Notes: generated by a model not told the origin, from the sequence alone. A stretch of DNA of 64,000 nt from Camelus ferus (GCF_009834535.1 NC_045696.1:50222001-50286000); one strand, 5' to 3'; shown: positions 25,553 through 38,752, numbered from the stretch's first letter. Numbers and translations are program-made.

Positions 25553-28080
25553 GTAAGTAAATATGACAAAGAAAATAGCATTGGGAAAACAGAGAAATGA
25601 ATTCCAGAACTAACTTTTTTTTTTTCCCAATCATTTTCTTTGGCGTTGTTAGTTTCTCACTGCCCTCACTGGCCTTCCTGAGGTTTGACCAGAATCATCT
25701 GAGTCCTGACTTACCAGTCTGCTTGCCAGACTCTCTCGCTGTTAAAGATAAGTGTGTTAAGCTATGCTGACCGTTCTGTGGGAGCTGCTTCCTGACCACT
25801 GAGTCTGGAGCCATCTCTCTGTGTGACCCTCACCAGTCTGCCCATTTTCTGTCACCCATCTCTAATGCTAATCTCAACATGCAGAGCCTCCAGACTCCCA
25901 TGATTAACTCAGAAAATTATATACTCTACTGCTCTTTCACATACCTCCTTTAATGCAGTTTATATGTATTCTGTGGGTATGATTTTCTTCTTCTGTTAGT
26001 CCTGTCATTAAGCAACAAGTTCTTTAAGAGTAGAGATTGTCTTCTCCCAATTTAAGTGCTAGTAATAACTGATAATACTAGGAGTATTTTTCATCTCTCT
26101 TGGCATCCTCCATGCCAGTTTAGGGAACCATAAGTCTTCAGAATTAAAGTTTGGTCTTCTACTTCTACCTATTATTTAGTTTGGATCACATGTATATTTT
26201 CCCCTAATATTTTATAAAACGAAGATTTCTATCGTTGTTGTTAAGAAAATGGCTTTTAAGTTTCTTTAAAAAGTAAATTCAGGCAGTTTGATCATAAGTG
26301 GATTTTCTGTTGACACTAGACCTCTATGGGAGGCCTCTGAAGCATAGCCAAACCCATCTGAGAGTGGGATGAAAAGGAGGGATCAATAGGGCACTGGGGT
26401 AGGAAAAAGGAGTTTGATTCTTTTGCACAGTTTAGAAGCTGTGTAACCAGGCAAGGCCCAACTGCTCTGAGTGTCAGTTGCCCTTCTGTAAAATGGAATA
26501 GTGTTACCACAGCAGCCCAAAGGCAAGGACCTGGGCCAGACGATCACCTGAAGTTCTTTCAGCTCTGTTATCCATGGTATTAGAAAGTGTTCATTCCACC
26601 TAAATTATGCCCTCTCCTAAATTCTTGCTTCCACTTTGTTTTTCAGATCTGAGAATTCCTGTACCCAACGACATAATTGTTCACATTCCATAAGTATATA
26701 TTTGTTGTATTTTATTTGTATCCAACAGCTAGCTCTAAATTTATGTTCGTCTCCTAATCCCCAGTACGGAAGCAAGCTTGCAACTTCCTGTTCTTCTTTC
26801 AGCTTATTGCCTTGCACTCCCTTCCTGATTGCATACAACCACAGATATTACAAAATAAATTACATGGTATATTCTGGGTATTGCTGTGCTCAAGTCTAGT
26901 TGGAGAGAATTACACAGCGATGCATGGAAGTTTGGGGGCCAAGAGCTCTGCTGTTTTGTTTGTTCTGTACTGTTGCATGAAAAGAGCTGATGCAGTTCAC
27001 AGGCCAGCTAGGCCATTTCATTAGGTACATTTGCACCCCATTATTGCGATTGATCGGAGCCACCACGTCCCCACTCTTGCCAGCCACATACTTTTCTCAT
27101 ATCCTCCTATTCATCTCCTAACCAAGGGTTCACAAGCATTCATCTACAGAGAAAAGCTGAAAATAGTGGTTCCCTTAAAAATTCAGTAGAAAAACAGCAA
27201 TATTATATTCTTGGAATTTTTGCTAGTTTTTATTGGATTTACTCTTATTTCTGTAATTCAGCTGCATATTAGTCATGTTTGCTATTTATATAAGATTGTG
27301 GATACTTTTTAGGGTTTAATCAACTTAAAGTGACAGCAAAGAGGAAGGCAGCATGAACTAAAAGCAGTAGGGTTTGTTTTTAAAAATTATTAATATTGTC
27401 AGATCCAATTATGGGGAGCAGTGATGAATTTCATACTTTCTGGGCCAAAATGTATCCACCTTCAGATTAATACTCTCATATGAAATATGACTGAATTCAC
27501 AAAAGCAAACCTTTATAAAATCTGGCTAACACACTTCTAACAATGTGAATAAATCCAAAGGACTGTCAACTCTAGTTTGGTAGTGAATCACTAATATAGA
27601 TACAACTGTTCAACCAGGAAAATTGATTTAATTCCTAGAATGGTAAAGCTGCTTAAAAAACCTCAGTTTTCTTAATATATAAATGGGCCTAACAGTACCT
27701 GCCTTCTCTCTCCAGAATCAGTATTAAAAATTGATGGAGCTCTTTGAGAACTTGAAAAACTATGTTAAGCATGGTAAACATTATTTCTAGACCTAAACTT
27801 TGAGAGTTTGTAAGTATTTCCAGTTATGCACATACAGATTATTTACACAGACATTTGCTGAATTTCAACACATTCAACGTCTGTACAATAATTTGGTCAT
27901 ATCTGCATAAGTTTAACAAGCCGTAAAAATAGAATTTAATCCTCTAGTGAAGTAGCTGCCCTAATAACCCCTCTGGTTTTTGACCAAAAAGCTTTTTTCG
28001 TCAGGTGAACCACCAAGCTGGGAGGTTTCTGAGGTCAGGGCTTTGTTTCAATTGTAACTCTATCTTCTCTTTCTTTCTAG

Positions 28081-28148
28081 GCCATGGCTGTTATCTTCTC
28101 AAATTTTAGCATTATAACAACAGCTCTTCTATTCAGGATAGTGCTGAA
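28081..28148 (+). CDS. SLC35A5: SLC35A5 exon 5 (AMAVIFSNFSIITTALLFRIVLK)
   Basis: 68 nt, strong pyrimidine tract plus TAG, donor GTAAGT. Confidence 0.96.
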
Positions 28149-29436
28149 GTAAGTAACTTGTTGTGAAAGCATATATCATACTTTAAAACAGCACAGCCTT
28201 GCTTCAGATGATATACCCAGATCTCTGAACCCTCTGAATCCCAAGGCCAGGATTTTATTCCTAATTGGCTTTGTGTTTTGAGCAAGTTGTTTAACCCATC
28301 GGGAAAGCAGTTGCAGTTTGCCTATCTGAATCCTCTGCAGTTCTGTGTTGGAAATATTTTTCCCTAGTATCTCAAAAAGATGATTGACTGGGTTATAATT
28401 ATATTAATATTTAGTTCCAGATTTTCAACAAAGAATTCATGAGCTTTTTTTATTTTTTTGCAGAAATCTATTGATACATTTGCTATTTGGAGTTTAGAGA
28501 TGATAAAAAGTAGCAAATTCTTTATTAAACTATTTGAGATACATACTGATTGAAGCTCTAGGTAAAGATTTGCATGAGGAATCTAGTCAAGATTACAATT
28601 AATAAGGATGATAGGTTTTTAAACTTTTCAAGTGCTTTCACTCATCTTATCTCCAGGAAGACATTTGAATAAAGTAAACATTTTTTAAGTTTAAATAGTC
28701 TCTGCTGCAAGGCAAAAGCCAGAATGTTCTAGGTTGATACAGAATCTTGGTACTTAACTCCAGGTTTAATTTGTTACTTCATAATGATGATAATGATGAC
28801 AATGATGATGATGTCAAAAATAAAATTAACTTTTTGTTGTATTTGTTGTGATTGTTTTTCTTTTAATTTTATGTTCACTTTCTCTTTTCAGTTTCTTATT
28901 TCTCATTGTCATACATGTTTTTTCATAATTGATGTGTACAGAGGATGAATGGCTTGGTACATAGGTATTCGGTAATTATTTGTTGAATCCATGATGCATT
29001 CAGTACATAAACTATATGAAATTCTTGAAAGATTTTCTTCTACCCTGTGGAAACATTCCATTTAATGGTTGAGGTAGGAAATGGGAAAAAAATGAACATA
29101 GTGTTTCATCCAGTTTAAATATTAGAGTCACTGAAATTTGCCATTGCATTATATTTTTCACTTTATGTATGAATTGTGAAAATAATTCAGTTCAGCTTGC
29201 AAGTTAAAGAATGTTAGCTAATCCAGAAATGTTTTAAAGTCTTTAAAATCAACGTGAAAGTCACTTTGTAGGATAAAAGTTGGCTTCTGAGAAAATATAT
29301 GTAAGCGGTAATATTTTTATATTGATTCCTGTGATAAAATTAGAGATGCACTTCCATAAAGGAAAAAATATTGGCTCTGACACACAGTGAAGGATTACCA
29401 TTTAATAAGGGAGCAGTGGTCTCAAAAACATGTACC

Positions 29437-29620
29437 TTTTTTTGAAGTATTATCAGTTTACAATATTATCTCAGTTTCTAGTGTACAGCATAATAATTCA
29501 ATCGTACATATACATACATATATTCTTTTCCATTATAGGTTACTACAAGATACTGAATATAGTTCCCTGTGCTGCACTGTATAAACCTGTTTATTTTATG
29601 TATAGTAGTGTCTGCAAATC
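29437..29620 (-). mobile_element. 5'-truncated L1 3' end with TSD (AAAACATGTAC.TT)
   Basis: Reverse complement resembles the L1 at 33440-33640; flanking direct repeat visible at about 29425 and 29623. Confidence 0.8.
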
Positions 29621-32600
29621 TCAAAACATGTACTTTTAAAGTTAAATTTTTCCTGTGAGATGACAGTTAACGAGTACACATGCTATTATACTGAAGTTAT
29701 TTTATAGCACATAAATATTATGTCAAAATTACATTCATTTACCAAAGAGAAAATAAAAGGAATGTATTGCTTGGCTTGAAATCAGCCAGCAGCTCCAGCT
29801 ATGCCTGTAGTTGGTTGGTTGTTGTTTCTGTCACTCCAGAGCATGAGCGAGCTGTGAGGCCAAGGTCAGGGTGCTGTGGGAGGCTCTCAGCCACTGAGGA
29901 CTCCTCAGGGCCTTCCCCCCCACACACCCCCGCCATCTTGACTTAACCCCAAGTGACCCCATGAGATGGGTGCCATTAACTTAAGCCGGGTCTGTGCCTG
30001 GAGCCCAGAGCCACTATGCACTTCGCAGCACTTGGGCAGCTCCTTTGGCTGTAGAAGAGGGAGTTTCTGAGATGGGCAGGCTAGGGGCAGAGGGACCAAC
30101 GATTTATGAACTACAGTTCAAACTTTTTTTTTCCCCATATGTTTTACCTCTTAACAGTCAGAGCAGTCATATTGATTCTTAGACATGTGTTTACTTTGTT
30201 ATTTATATCTCCCTGTTTTGAATCCTTGGAAGTCATTTGGATTAAAGAAACAACAAAATCACTCCATTTTTATAATTTCCACAGGCACTAACTTAGTTCC
30301 TAGAGTAGGTCTTAATTTGACTGATTCACATACCAGCCCTGAAGCTACTCTAAATAGTAGAGCTAAAATATGATAATAAATATAGTACTGTCTTTTATGG
30401 GAATGCTTTTTAAGTATTACCTACTGTTACATTTTAAAGTCAACTTTGTTCTATTTTGATCTGTTTGTTGGTGATGGTGTGTATTTTGTTTGTTTGTTTT
30501 TCCCTATTTCATATTCTTTGTGAATCATTTGATGGTCTTTTGCCCTTGGCAATAAAATTTTGACCTAAGTACGGTAGCTTGAGTTCTATCACAAGTTCTT
30601 AAATTGTCTGCCATAAGTATCTCATTTAGAATATTAAAGTTCGTCTTACTCTTGACGCTAACAAGCCATCAAATTCCTTTCCCATACAAATAATATAAGG
30701 CTACACGAGTAGAAAAAATAAGGCTGGTAATGCAAGAATTACTTTGAGAATTAGAAAGTGGGAAAAAGAAAGATGTCACCATCCAAACGGCTTATTCAAA
30801 ACCCCTTGTGAATGTATAGATTTCTTTGAAGTATAGCCACTGGTTCAAAGTAGAAATGTGGCAGGCATGCCTCAAAGCCCTGTTGGTTTGCTCTTAAAGC
30901 TTGGCAAAGTTGTATAACCTTGTTTTCTAGGCTTTGGGAAATAATAATGTCAACCTGAACGTTGAGATTTGGGAGCAAAAGATAACCAAGACGAGCACTT
31001 ATTTTTACCTAAAGAACGTATATAAGTTTCTCTGATTTCTTCAAAGAGAAGCTGTGGGGAAAAATTTATTAAATGTATTTTGAAACAAAGTGGTGGATGT
31101 CTTAGAAGTTATGGTACAGTTTAGTTACTCTGAACCATAAGAAAAGTAAAAGTACCACTCAGTAATACAAATATTTCTCCAAAATCACTCATTCACTTGA
31201 TCGTCTTTGTTTCGGTTTCCCATGATAAATCTGCCCCTGGTCACTCTCTTCGTGCTACTAAGGTATTATGTATGGTTTCTTGAAAAAAGTCACGTCTTTC
31301 CACTTAACCATCTTCTCGCTCTGCCGTGGTTTCACCACCAGACACGGTAGAGATGCTCTTACGTGACACAGTTTGGACATAATTGTTGGGTTTCTAGGAA
31401 AACTCAAAGTGGGAGAATCATTTATTAAAAATGTACTTCAGACAGTTTAACTGTAGATAGGTAAGTGTCCAGTCACCGTTTTGATGAAAAGCGAAGGCCT
31501 TTGCTTTGAGGGTGTGTGGGGTTTGCTGATTAGAGTTCTTTAGCTTCTTTCTTGCTTGAACCTACAGTCATTACACATTATCCATGGTTTCTGGTTTCAG
31601 TTTCTTTACAGTGAAGCAAGCCTTAAAAATATTTTTAGATTCTTCTAGATTTTTTTATTCATTCCCTAATCTGAAAATTAACCAACCTGTACCTAATTCG
31701 AAAGCAGTTTCTTATCTTGTGATTTGCCTTTAATCTTTCCAAAGCCTTCAACTTAGTTTTCATAAAAACAGCAACCCTTTTCTTTCACTCATAATTTATG
31801 ATTTATGTAATCATTAAAATATATAATTACAGTAATGAGGTCACCTGGCAAAAACACATTTTGGAACAGAGACTCTTTGTGAGCAAACAGTTCACTTGGG
31901 AGCAGAGGCCGTCAGGTTCAGCAGCCTTCCAGCCACAAGCGTGCAGCTGTGAGCAGCAGTTGGAATGTTTTACAGGGGCAGTGGAGAGGTCAGTTAAGTG
32001 AGTTTCTACTGTTGAATCCACTAAACTGTGAGGAGCAAACTGTTGTGTGCACAGTCATCATTTAAGAATGCAGATCATCAGCTGACTTTACAAGATAATT
32101 TATTGGGGGTTTTTTTGGTTTTTTGGTTTTTTTGCTATTTTCAGCCCAATCCTTAATAATTTTTACCCTCCCTAGAACATTATCTTGAATGAGTAATAAT
32201 TTGCAGTAGGTACTGTTTAGGCTTTCCAGACTTTATTTCCTTAGATTCTTTCTTCTCAATGTCAATATTAGTGGAAAACCTATAGCTGTCAGAATTGAAA
32301 ACTTATAAAAGGACTGTAGGGTATATCATTGCCTCATTTGCACCTTGATGTGCAATTATTGGTTATATAATAATTTTTATAAATTGGGCACCCATTTTTC
32401 CTCTCTCTTTTGGTTTCCGTTTGATTTGCTTTCTCCCACTTCATGTGTATCACCTGCACCGTCAGAAATGTATGTGACTAGTTGACAGGTTCTGACCTCA
32501 TGGCAAGGGGCTGTGCTAGTCCCGTCACCAAGTGCTAGATCTACTTATTTGAAAGTATACACACAAGGAGACACAGTAGTGTGCACAGGGATGCTGCTGT

Positions 32601-33239
32601 CTGTGCATTTAGCATTTTCACAGCATGAAGCTCTATGGAAGCATTGGTGAAACCAGATATGTATTCCTATACATGCATCCTGGGAACTCAGAATTATACT
32701 TAAGAGGTGCATTGGTGCAGAAGGAGGACTTACAAAACCATGGCTCAGAATCCTTCCTTGCTCTGTCATAAATCCATGACGTTAGGGAAGTCAGGTAACC
32801 TCTGAGAACCGTTTCCTCCCCTAGACCAGGAATTGCCTGACCCATAGCAGGTGTTCAATAAATGCTCCTGAATTCTTGTAACTTCTCATTCTCACCTGTT
32901 GCTTTACACTTCTGCCTTTGCTCCTGTTTTTCTCTCTTCCTGGTGTCCCCACCTGAGTCCAATACTCCTTTCCTTAGTCAACGTCCATTCTTGTAGGCTT
33001 TTCATAGATTCTTGCTTCTGCCTGAATGTATCACCAACTCCCTTTTCACACGGAAGACTTCAAGTTATTTCTCATCTTTCAGCTCAAGTGTCAATTTCCT
33101 CTTCAAAACAATACCTGACTCCATGTACAGACTCAAGTGTTCCTTCCGCCGTGTACCCCAGTTGTTCCATGTATTACATGTCACACATCGTATTGTCATC
33201 ATTAGGTGTCATGACTCTCTCCCTATTAAAGTGCAAATT

Positions 33240-33677
33240 GCAGCAACATGGATGAATCTGGAGAATGTCATTCTAAGTGAAGTAAGCTAAGAGAAAGAAA
33301 AATACCACATGATATCACTTACATGTGGAATCTAAAAAAAAAGACAAATTTATTTACAAAACAGAAACAGACTCACAGACATAGAAAACAAACTTGTGGT
33401 TACCAGGAGGGGAGGGGGTTGGGAAGGGTTAAATTGGGAGTTCAAGATTTGCAGATACTAACTAATATATATAAAATAGATAAACAAGTTTATACTGTAT
33501 AGCACAGGGAACCATATTCAGTATCTTGTAACCTATGGTGAAGAATATGGGAAGGAATGTATGTATGTTCCTATGTGACTGAAGCGTTGTGCTGTACACC
33601 AGAAATTGACACAACATTGTAAACTGACTGTACTTAAATAAAAATATATTTTTTTAAAAAATTAAAAATTTTTTTAA
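33240..33677 (+). mobile_element. L1 3' end (ORF2 tail, 3'UTR, A/T tail) inserted into an L2 3' end
   Basis: Encodes AATWMNLENVILSEVS, the L1 ORF2 C-terminal motif; TSD AAAGTGCAAATT (33228-33239) / AAAGTGTAAATT (33678-33689). Confidence 0.9.
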
Positions 33678-33914
33678 AAAGTGTAAATTCCTTGAGGATG
33701 GAGACCAAGTCTTTATCTTCCCAGAGTGCCTGGCACATAGTTGCTGCTTCGTAAATGACTGTTGAACTGAATGAATTCGGAAAATGGAGTTAACAGTCCT
33801 CACGCCCTCTATATCTTGGTGTTAGGCAAATTAAAAAATAAAGCGTTACTAGGGCTTTGTTAACTGAAACACTAAAAATATTTTTTTCTTGTCTTATCAA
33901 GCATGATCTGGGAG

Positions 33915-34113
33915 CTAGCTTTCTCCTTAAATCGTTTTCTGGCTCATGAATACCTTTGAAAATTTGACAGAGCTTTGAAGGGTCTCCCGGGGGTGGGGGA
34001 GAGCAAGGAATTCACCTGGGTAGGAGACTTGGCACACACTGCAGGGGCTCACAGATTTCAGAAGCTCATCCCGTTCTTACTGCTTCCTGGAACCCAGGTT
34101 GCGAATCCCTGCT
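33915..34113. mobile_element. hAT-Charlie-type MITE (degenerate)
   Basis: ...cctttgaaaatttgacagagct... and terminal cccaggttgcgaatccctg. Confidence 0.5.
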
Positions 34114-34451
34114 GTAACTTTATAGCGAAATAAAAAGTTCCTGTACCAAGAGACCAAGATCAGCTCTTAAGGTAGAAAGGAGGCTTAGTTAAATCTACAG
34201 GTTGAAAAGAAACTCACAATGAGGAGAAATGACTGAATGGCCTTAAGGGACAGTTACTATAAAAGTGAATAAAATTAACAAGTTCAAGAAGAAGACACAC
34301 CAACAGGTCTCCTTTGAACTTGAATTGTGGGGAATGCTAGCAAAAACGGTATAGTTCATGCAACCAAGGACTCAAGTGATTTTCAGTAGAAACAGTTGAT
34401 AGGAGAAGGGGGGAAATAGTATTAAAATCTCTTTTTTTCATCTTCGAACAG

Positions 34452-35232
34452 GAGGCATCTAAACTGGATACAGTGGGCTTCCCTCCTGATTCTATTTTTG
34501 TCTATTGTGGCCCTCACTTCTGGAACTGGGACGTCACAGCATAACCTGGCAGGACATGGATTTCATCACGATGCCTTCTTCAGCCCATCCAATTCCTGCC
34601 TTCTTTTCAGAAGTGAGTGTCCCGGAAAAGAGAATTGCACAGCAAAGGAGTGGACTTTTTCTACAGCTCAGTGGAACACTACAGCCAGGGTTTTCAGTCA
34701 CATCCGACTTGGCTTGGGCCATATTCTTATTATAGTCCAGTGTTTCATTTCTTCAATGGCCAATATCTATAATGAAAAGATACTGAAAGAGGGGAACCAG
34801 ATCACTGAAAGCATCTTCATACAGAACAGCAAACTTTATTTCTTTGGCATTCTTTTTAATGGGCTGACCCTGGGCCTTCAGAGCAGTAACCGAGATCAGA
34901 TTAAGAACTGTGGGTTTTTTTATGGACACAATGCATTTTCAGTAGCCCTTATTTTTGTAACTGCATTCCAAGGCCTCTCGGTGGCTTTTATTCTGAAGTT
35001 CCTGGATAATATGTTTCATGTCCTGATGGCCCAGGTCACCACAGTCATCATCACAACTGTGTCTGTCCTGGTCTTTGACTTCAGGCCCTCTCTGGAGTTT
35101 TTCTTAGAAGCCCCATCAGTTCTTCTCGCCATATTTATTTATAACGCCAGCAAGCTTCAAGGTCTGGAATATGCTCCCAGACAAGAAAGGATCCGAGATC
35201 TAAGCGGCAGTCTTTGGGAGCGCTCCAGTGGG
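34452..35232 (+). CDS. SLC35A5: SLC35A5 exon 6, most of the transmembrane nucleotide-sugar transporter domain (RHLNWIQWASLL...LWERSSG)
   Basis: 781-nt open exon, CAG acceptor, GTAAGT donor; overlaps ORF 34498..35322. Confidence 0.98.
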
Positions 35233-36359
35233 GTAAGTTTGTGCGGGTGCTGCTTTTTGCCTGTTTTTCCCAAATGTAAAGCATGGTTATACAAGAAAAG
35301 AAATAGATTGGTGCTGACTTAACACAGGATGTATTGTATCTCTGGGATTTTTAAAAATCATTCAGCAAACATTCATTGGACTTGTGTAAGGGATCTAATG
35401 CTATCAGGGTAAGAAAAAGTATAAGTCACAGTCTCAAGGACTTTATGCGTTAGCTGTATCAGAGAATATTATAGAGCCACAGAGCTGGAAGATGCCTCAC
35501 CGGTTATCCTGTCCAGTCTCCCTAGTTTTACAAGTGAAGAAACAGACTCAGAGAGACTAACAGGTTTGCAGATAGTGAATGAAAGAACTGGTACTAAATC
35601 AATGAGGTCTGACTCCCAGTCCTTCACTCTTTACACCATAGCTGGGGAGATAAGCCTCATTCACAAGCAAACTTGATCTTCAACATTAGAATGTCTGATT
35701 AAATATAAGTGGAAAGCCCGGCCCCTTCATTTTCTCTGTAGTTATTCATAAACCAGAATGTGCCAGAAGGGCAGGCCTTGTTTATCTCACTGAGAAGGTG
35801 GTTTCCAAAAGGATCTATGCATGGAGAAGAAAACTGTTTTCTAGAAAAATACCTGTGCAGTTATGCTTAATACATGTTATTCTACCAGTTACTTATAATT
35901 GTTTTAGGAATGTCTGCCAGTGATATTATTAGCAAATAAATAATCATCTTATGGAGGTTCAAGTTAGGAGTTAGGTATTTAAATAAAACATGAAATAGAG
36001 TCCTCTGTCTAGCTTTTAATTTACAGATTTCATGCACACACAAAATATGAAATATTTCACACAATGAACATTTTACTCTGGGAGTATTAAATCTGTTGCT
36101 TGTTAGAGTTCATGACAGGGCTTCCCTCAGTAATGCCTCTGAAGTGATGATACAACAGATTCTTAAGATGAAAAAATTAGAAGCCGGGGTCCCAAATGCC
36201 CTGATCTCAGCCAGAATATAAATTCAGAATGCCTGTAATTCTTTTCCGCAAGTCTAATAACACTGCGTGTCCTGCTTTTTAGGTGAAAGAAAATCAATTT
36301 AGGTCACAAGGCCTCCTTCATAACCTGTTTCTCCAACCTTTAGTCATTTCCCTTGAATA

Positions 36360-36373
36360 CCAGCAGAGGGCGC
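36360..36373 (+). promoter_or_regulatory. CTCF consensus site CCAGCAGAGGGCGC
   Basis: Full match to CCASYAGRKGGCRS inside an AT-rich intron. Confidence 0.65.
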
Positions 36374-36638
36374 TCCTAACTTTGCTCTTGTTAACTGAAA
36401 TTCAAGTACTGAGTTGCATTCCAGTTCTTTTCATGATCTCATTATATGTCTAAAATTAATTTTCCAAGAACTTAAGTATTTATTTCATTTCATTTAACCA
36501 GGTTATAGTTTAATGAAATAAAATTTATTAGTAAGGTTTATCCATGATTTATTAGTAAGGTTTCTCCTCAGTAATCGTTAAAAATGCTGCATTTCTAGTT
36601 TTGTTTTAATTAATTACTGATTTCATGTTTCCTTTTAG

Positions 36639-36707
36639 GATGGAGAAGAACTGGAAAGACTTACCAAACCCAAGAGTGATATTGAGTCAGATGAAGACAC
36701 TTTCTAA
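36639..36707 (+). CDS. SLC35A5: SLC35A5 last coding exon (DGEELERLTKPKSDIESDEDTF*), acidic C-terminal tail
   Basis: TTTTAG acceptor, TAA stop at 36705-36707; total CDS 1278 or 1281 nt. Confidence 0.96.
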   Translation, partial: DGEELERLTKPKSDIESDEDTF

Positions 36708-38021
36708 TTGGTACCCAAATAGTTGGCAACTCTTAGAAACCTTTTCACTTTTATAAACCAAGAACATTTCTGAAGCATAAAACTCTTTGTGTATATCTAA
36801 CCACTCCAGAAATAATTCCAACCAAAGCTTAGAGTACCCAAAGGCCAAAAAGTTCTAAGGAACTGACATAAGAGTAATAGCTGGAGACTGCACTGATGGC
36901 CTGGTACTTGGTAGGTCACCAAGATATATTTGCGGATTATTTTCCTCATTCCTCTAAGGTTCCAAAAACTTGTAATAATCATGTTAGCTGTACCCTATAA
37001 ATATGCAGGTAGAGATCAGTTTGCCAGATATTCATAATTATGTAGTTCTACTGTGCATGCCATTGTCTTCCATTTTTTACCACGACTATCCCTTGAATTT
37101 TGAGGCCATGGAGATAGTCATTTTATAACTAAAAAGCAATGTGACTCTTTCTAAAAAATGTAGCTGAAGGACCTTAATAACCAGCCACAACATTTATTTA
37201 AGAGTAATTTAGTCTTTGCTAAAGGTTTTGCCAAAGAAGCAATTTTTCAACAAAATCTCAGAATTTTTATTTTTAGGAATTTGTAGGGAATTTGATTTTT
37301 GTGATTATCTTTTGATGTTTTTCTACACAAATAAGCTTCAGTTTAGGTCAAAGTTGCTTCCCAGTCACACAATTATCACTTAAACCAGCCATGGTGGGTT
37401 TTTTCTCCTCAGTTTGACCTCGTTAATCTTGGATTACTCTGTTTTGGAGAACTAATAGGAAGCCATTTTATTTTATTAGTCATTAAATAGAACTTACGAT
37501 TATTACATATCTTCGTATCATGTTCTGTTCCTAAGGGTTGAGACATTGGCTTCAGAATCATGCCAGGTTGTCAGTAAGACTAATGCTGAAGAGTTCCTTT
37601 TAAAAGAGTCACTATGCTAACAAATGGCTTTTACTGAAGTATGAATAATATTACTCTAAAAAAAGAAGGTCAGTAATAAATAAAGCACTTTATAGTAACC
37701 ATATTTCACACTTAAACTGCATGGTATTTTTTGAGGTATTTTTGCATGCATCCGATTGAGTCTGTGAGGTAGAGAATTCAAGTGATCGGTAATTTAAAAA
37801 CAAGGAAACAAGTGACTTGCCCAGGGCCATACAGCTGGATTGCAATAGGATGAGAGTGGCCTCAGCTAAACAGGCCTGGGTGTTTACAGAGCACCGCACT
37901 GTAAATGTGAGCTTTAAGGTGTCATTTTCCTGCAGACTGTATGTACATCTCTCCTTTCCCCTAATTTTCATACAGGTAAACATAAGATAATACTATTACA
38001 TAATCCATCTGTGATATCTAG

Positions 38022-38090
38022 AATAAAACAGCAAGAGTTGGTGGAAATTTATAAATAAAAGAATTATTAAACCCATATCTTGTGTTGCCA
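38022..38090 (+). terminator. SLC35A5: SLC35A5 polyadenylation signal cluster (AATAAA 38022, AATAAA 38054, ATTAAA 38066)
   Basis: Clustered hexamers about 1.3 kb after the stop, followed by GU-rich tcttgtgttg. Confidence 0.65.
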
Positions 38091-38571
38091 CTCTGTCATG
38101 TGAGGTGGGGTACAGAGTATTTTTAATTTCAAAACATGTAATCTCAAAACAACTTTCAAAACGTTCTCTTTCAGTAGACCTTGACTGCTGAGAATAGCAA
38201 AACTCTTCACCTTATTATAGGCATCCCATCAGCGTTATAAGGAATAACATTACTTTATTATGGCAATTCACATTAAAGGTAAAGAAAATCAGCTATAGGA
38301 AGACCTCACTTTTAAGAAATACAGCATACAAAACATACTTATCTTATGGAACATAAAATTGCAACAATATTATTTGTAAAGGTATTGCCTACAGAATACA
38401 GCAGATTCCACTAGTTCATGGAGATTGGTTTTCCTATTTATGGTTACTTTTTTCACCCTACTTTTCAGAAAAGCATTTATTGTCCAGAGTAAGGTTTACT
38501 CGTGTTACAAATTAATTAGAAAGAAGGAGCTGGAACTAAAATGTGAGGTTCTGGCGTGAATGCACTGGAGA

Positions 38572-38752
38572 CAGTTGACCCCCCAACACAGGTTTGAATG
38601 GTGCAGGTCCACTTACATGCAGATTTTTTCAGTAAGTACATACAGTGTTACAGGATCAGCTGTTAGCTGAATCCTCCGACGTGGAAATGCAGATGTCAGT
38701 ATCCATGGAGGGTCCTGGAACCTGTTCCCCTGTAGATACCAAGGGACGACTG
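38572..38752. mobile_element. MER8-like TcMar-Tigger MITE
   Basis: Terminal inverted repeats CAGTTGACCC...GGGACGACTG followed by TA; internal ggtttgaatggtgcaggtccactta and gggtcctggaacc. Confidence 0.8.

Noticed and set aside
34449..34454. CAG-GAG tandem acceptor at SLC35A5 exon 6
   Set aside because: A distal GAG is rarely used, and the proximal CAG gives the expected 781-nt exon
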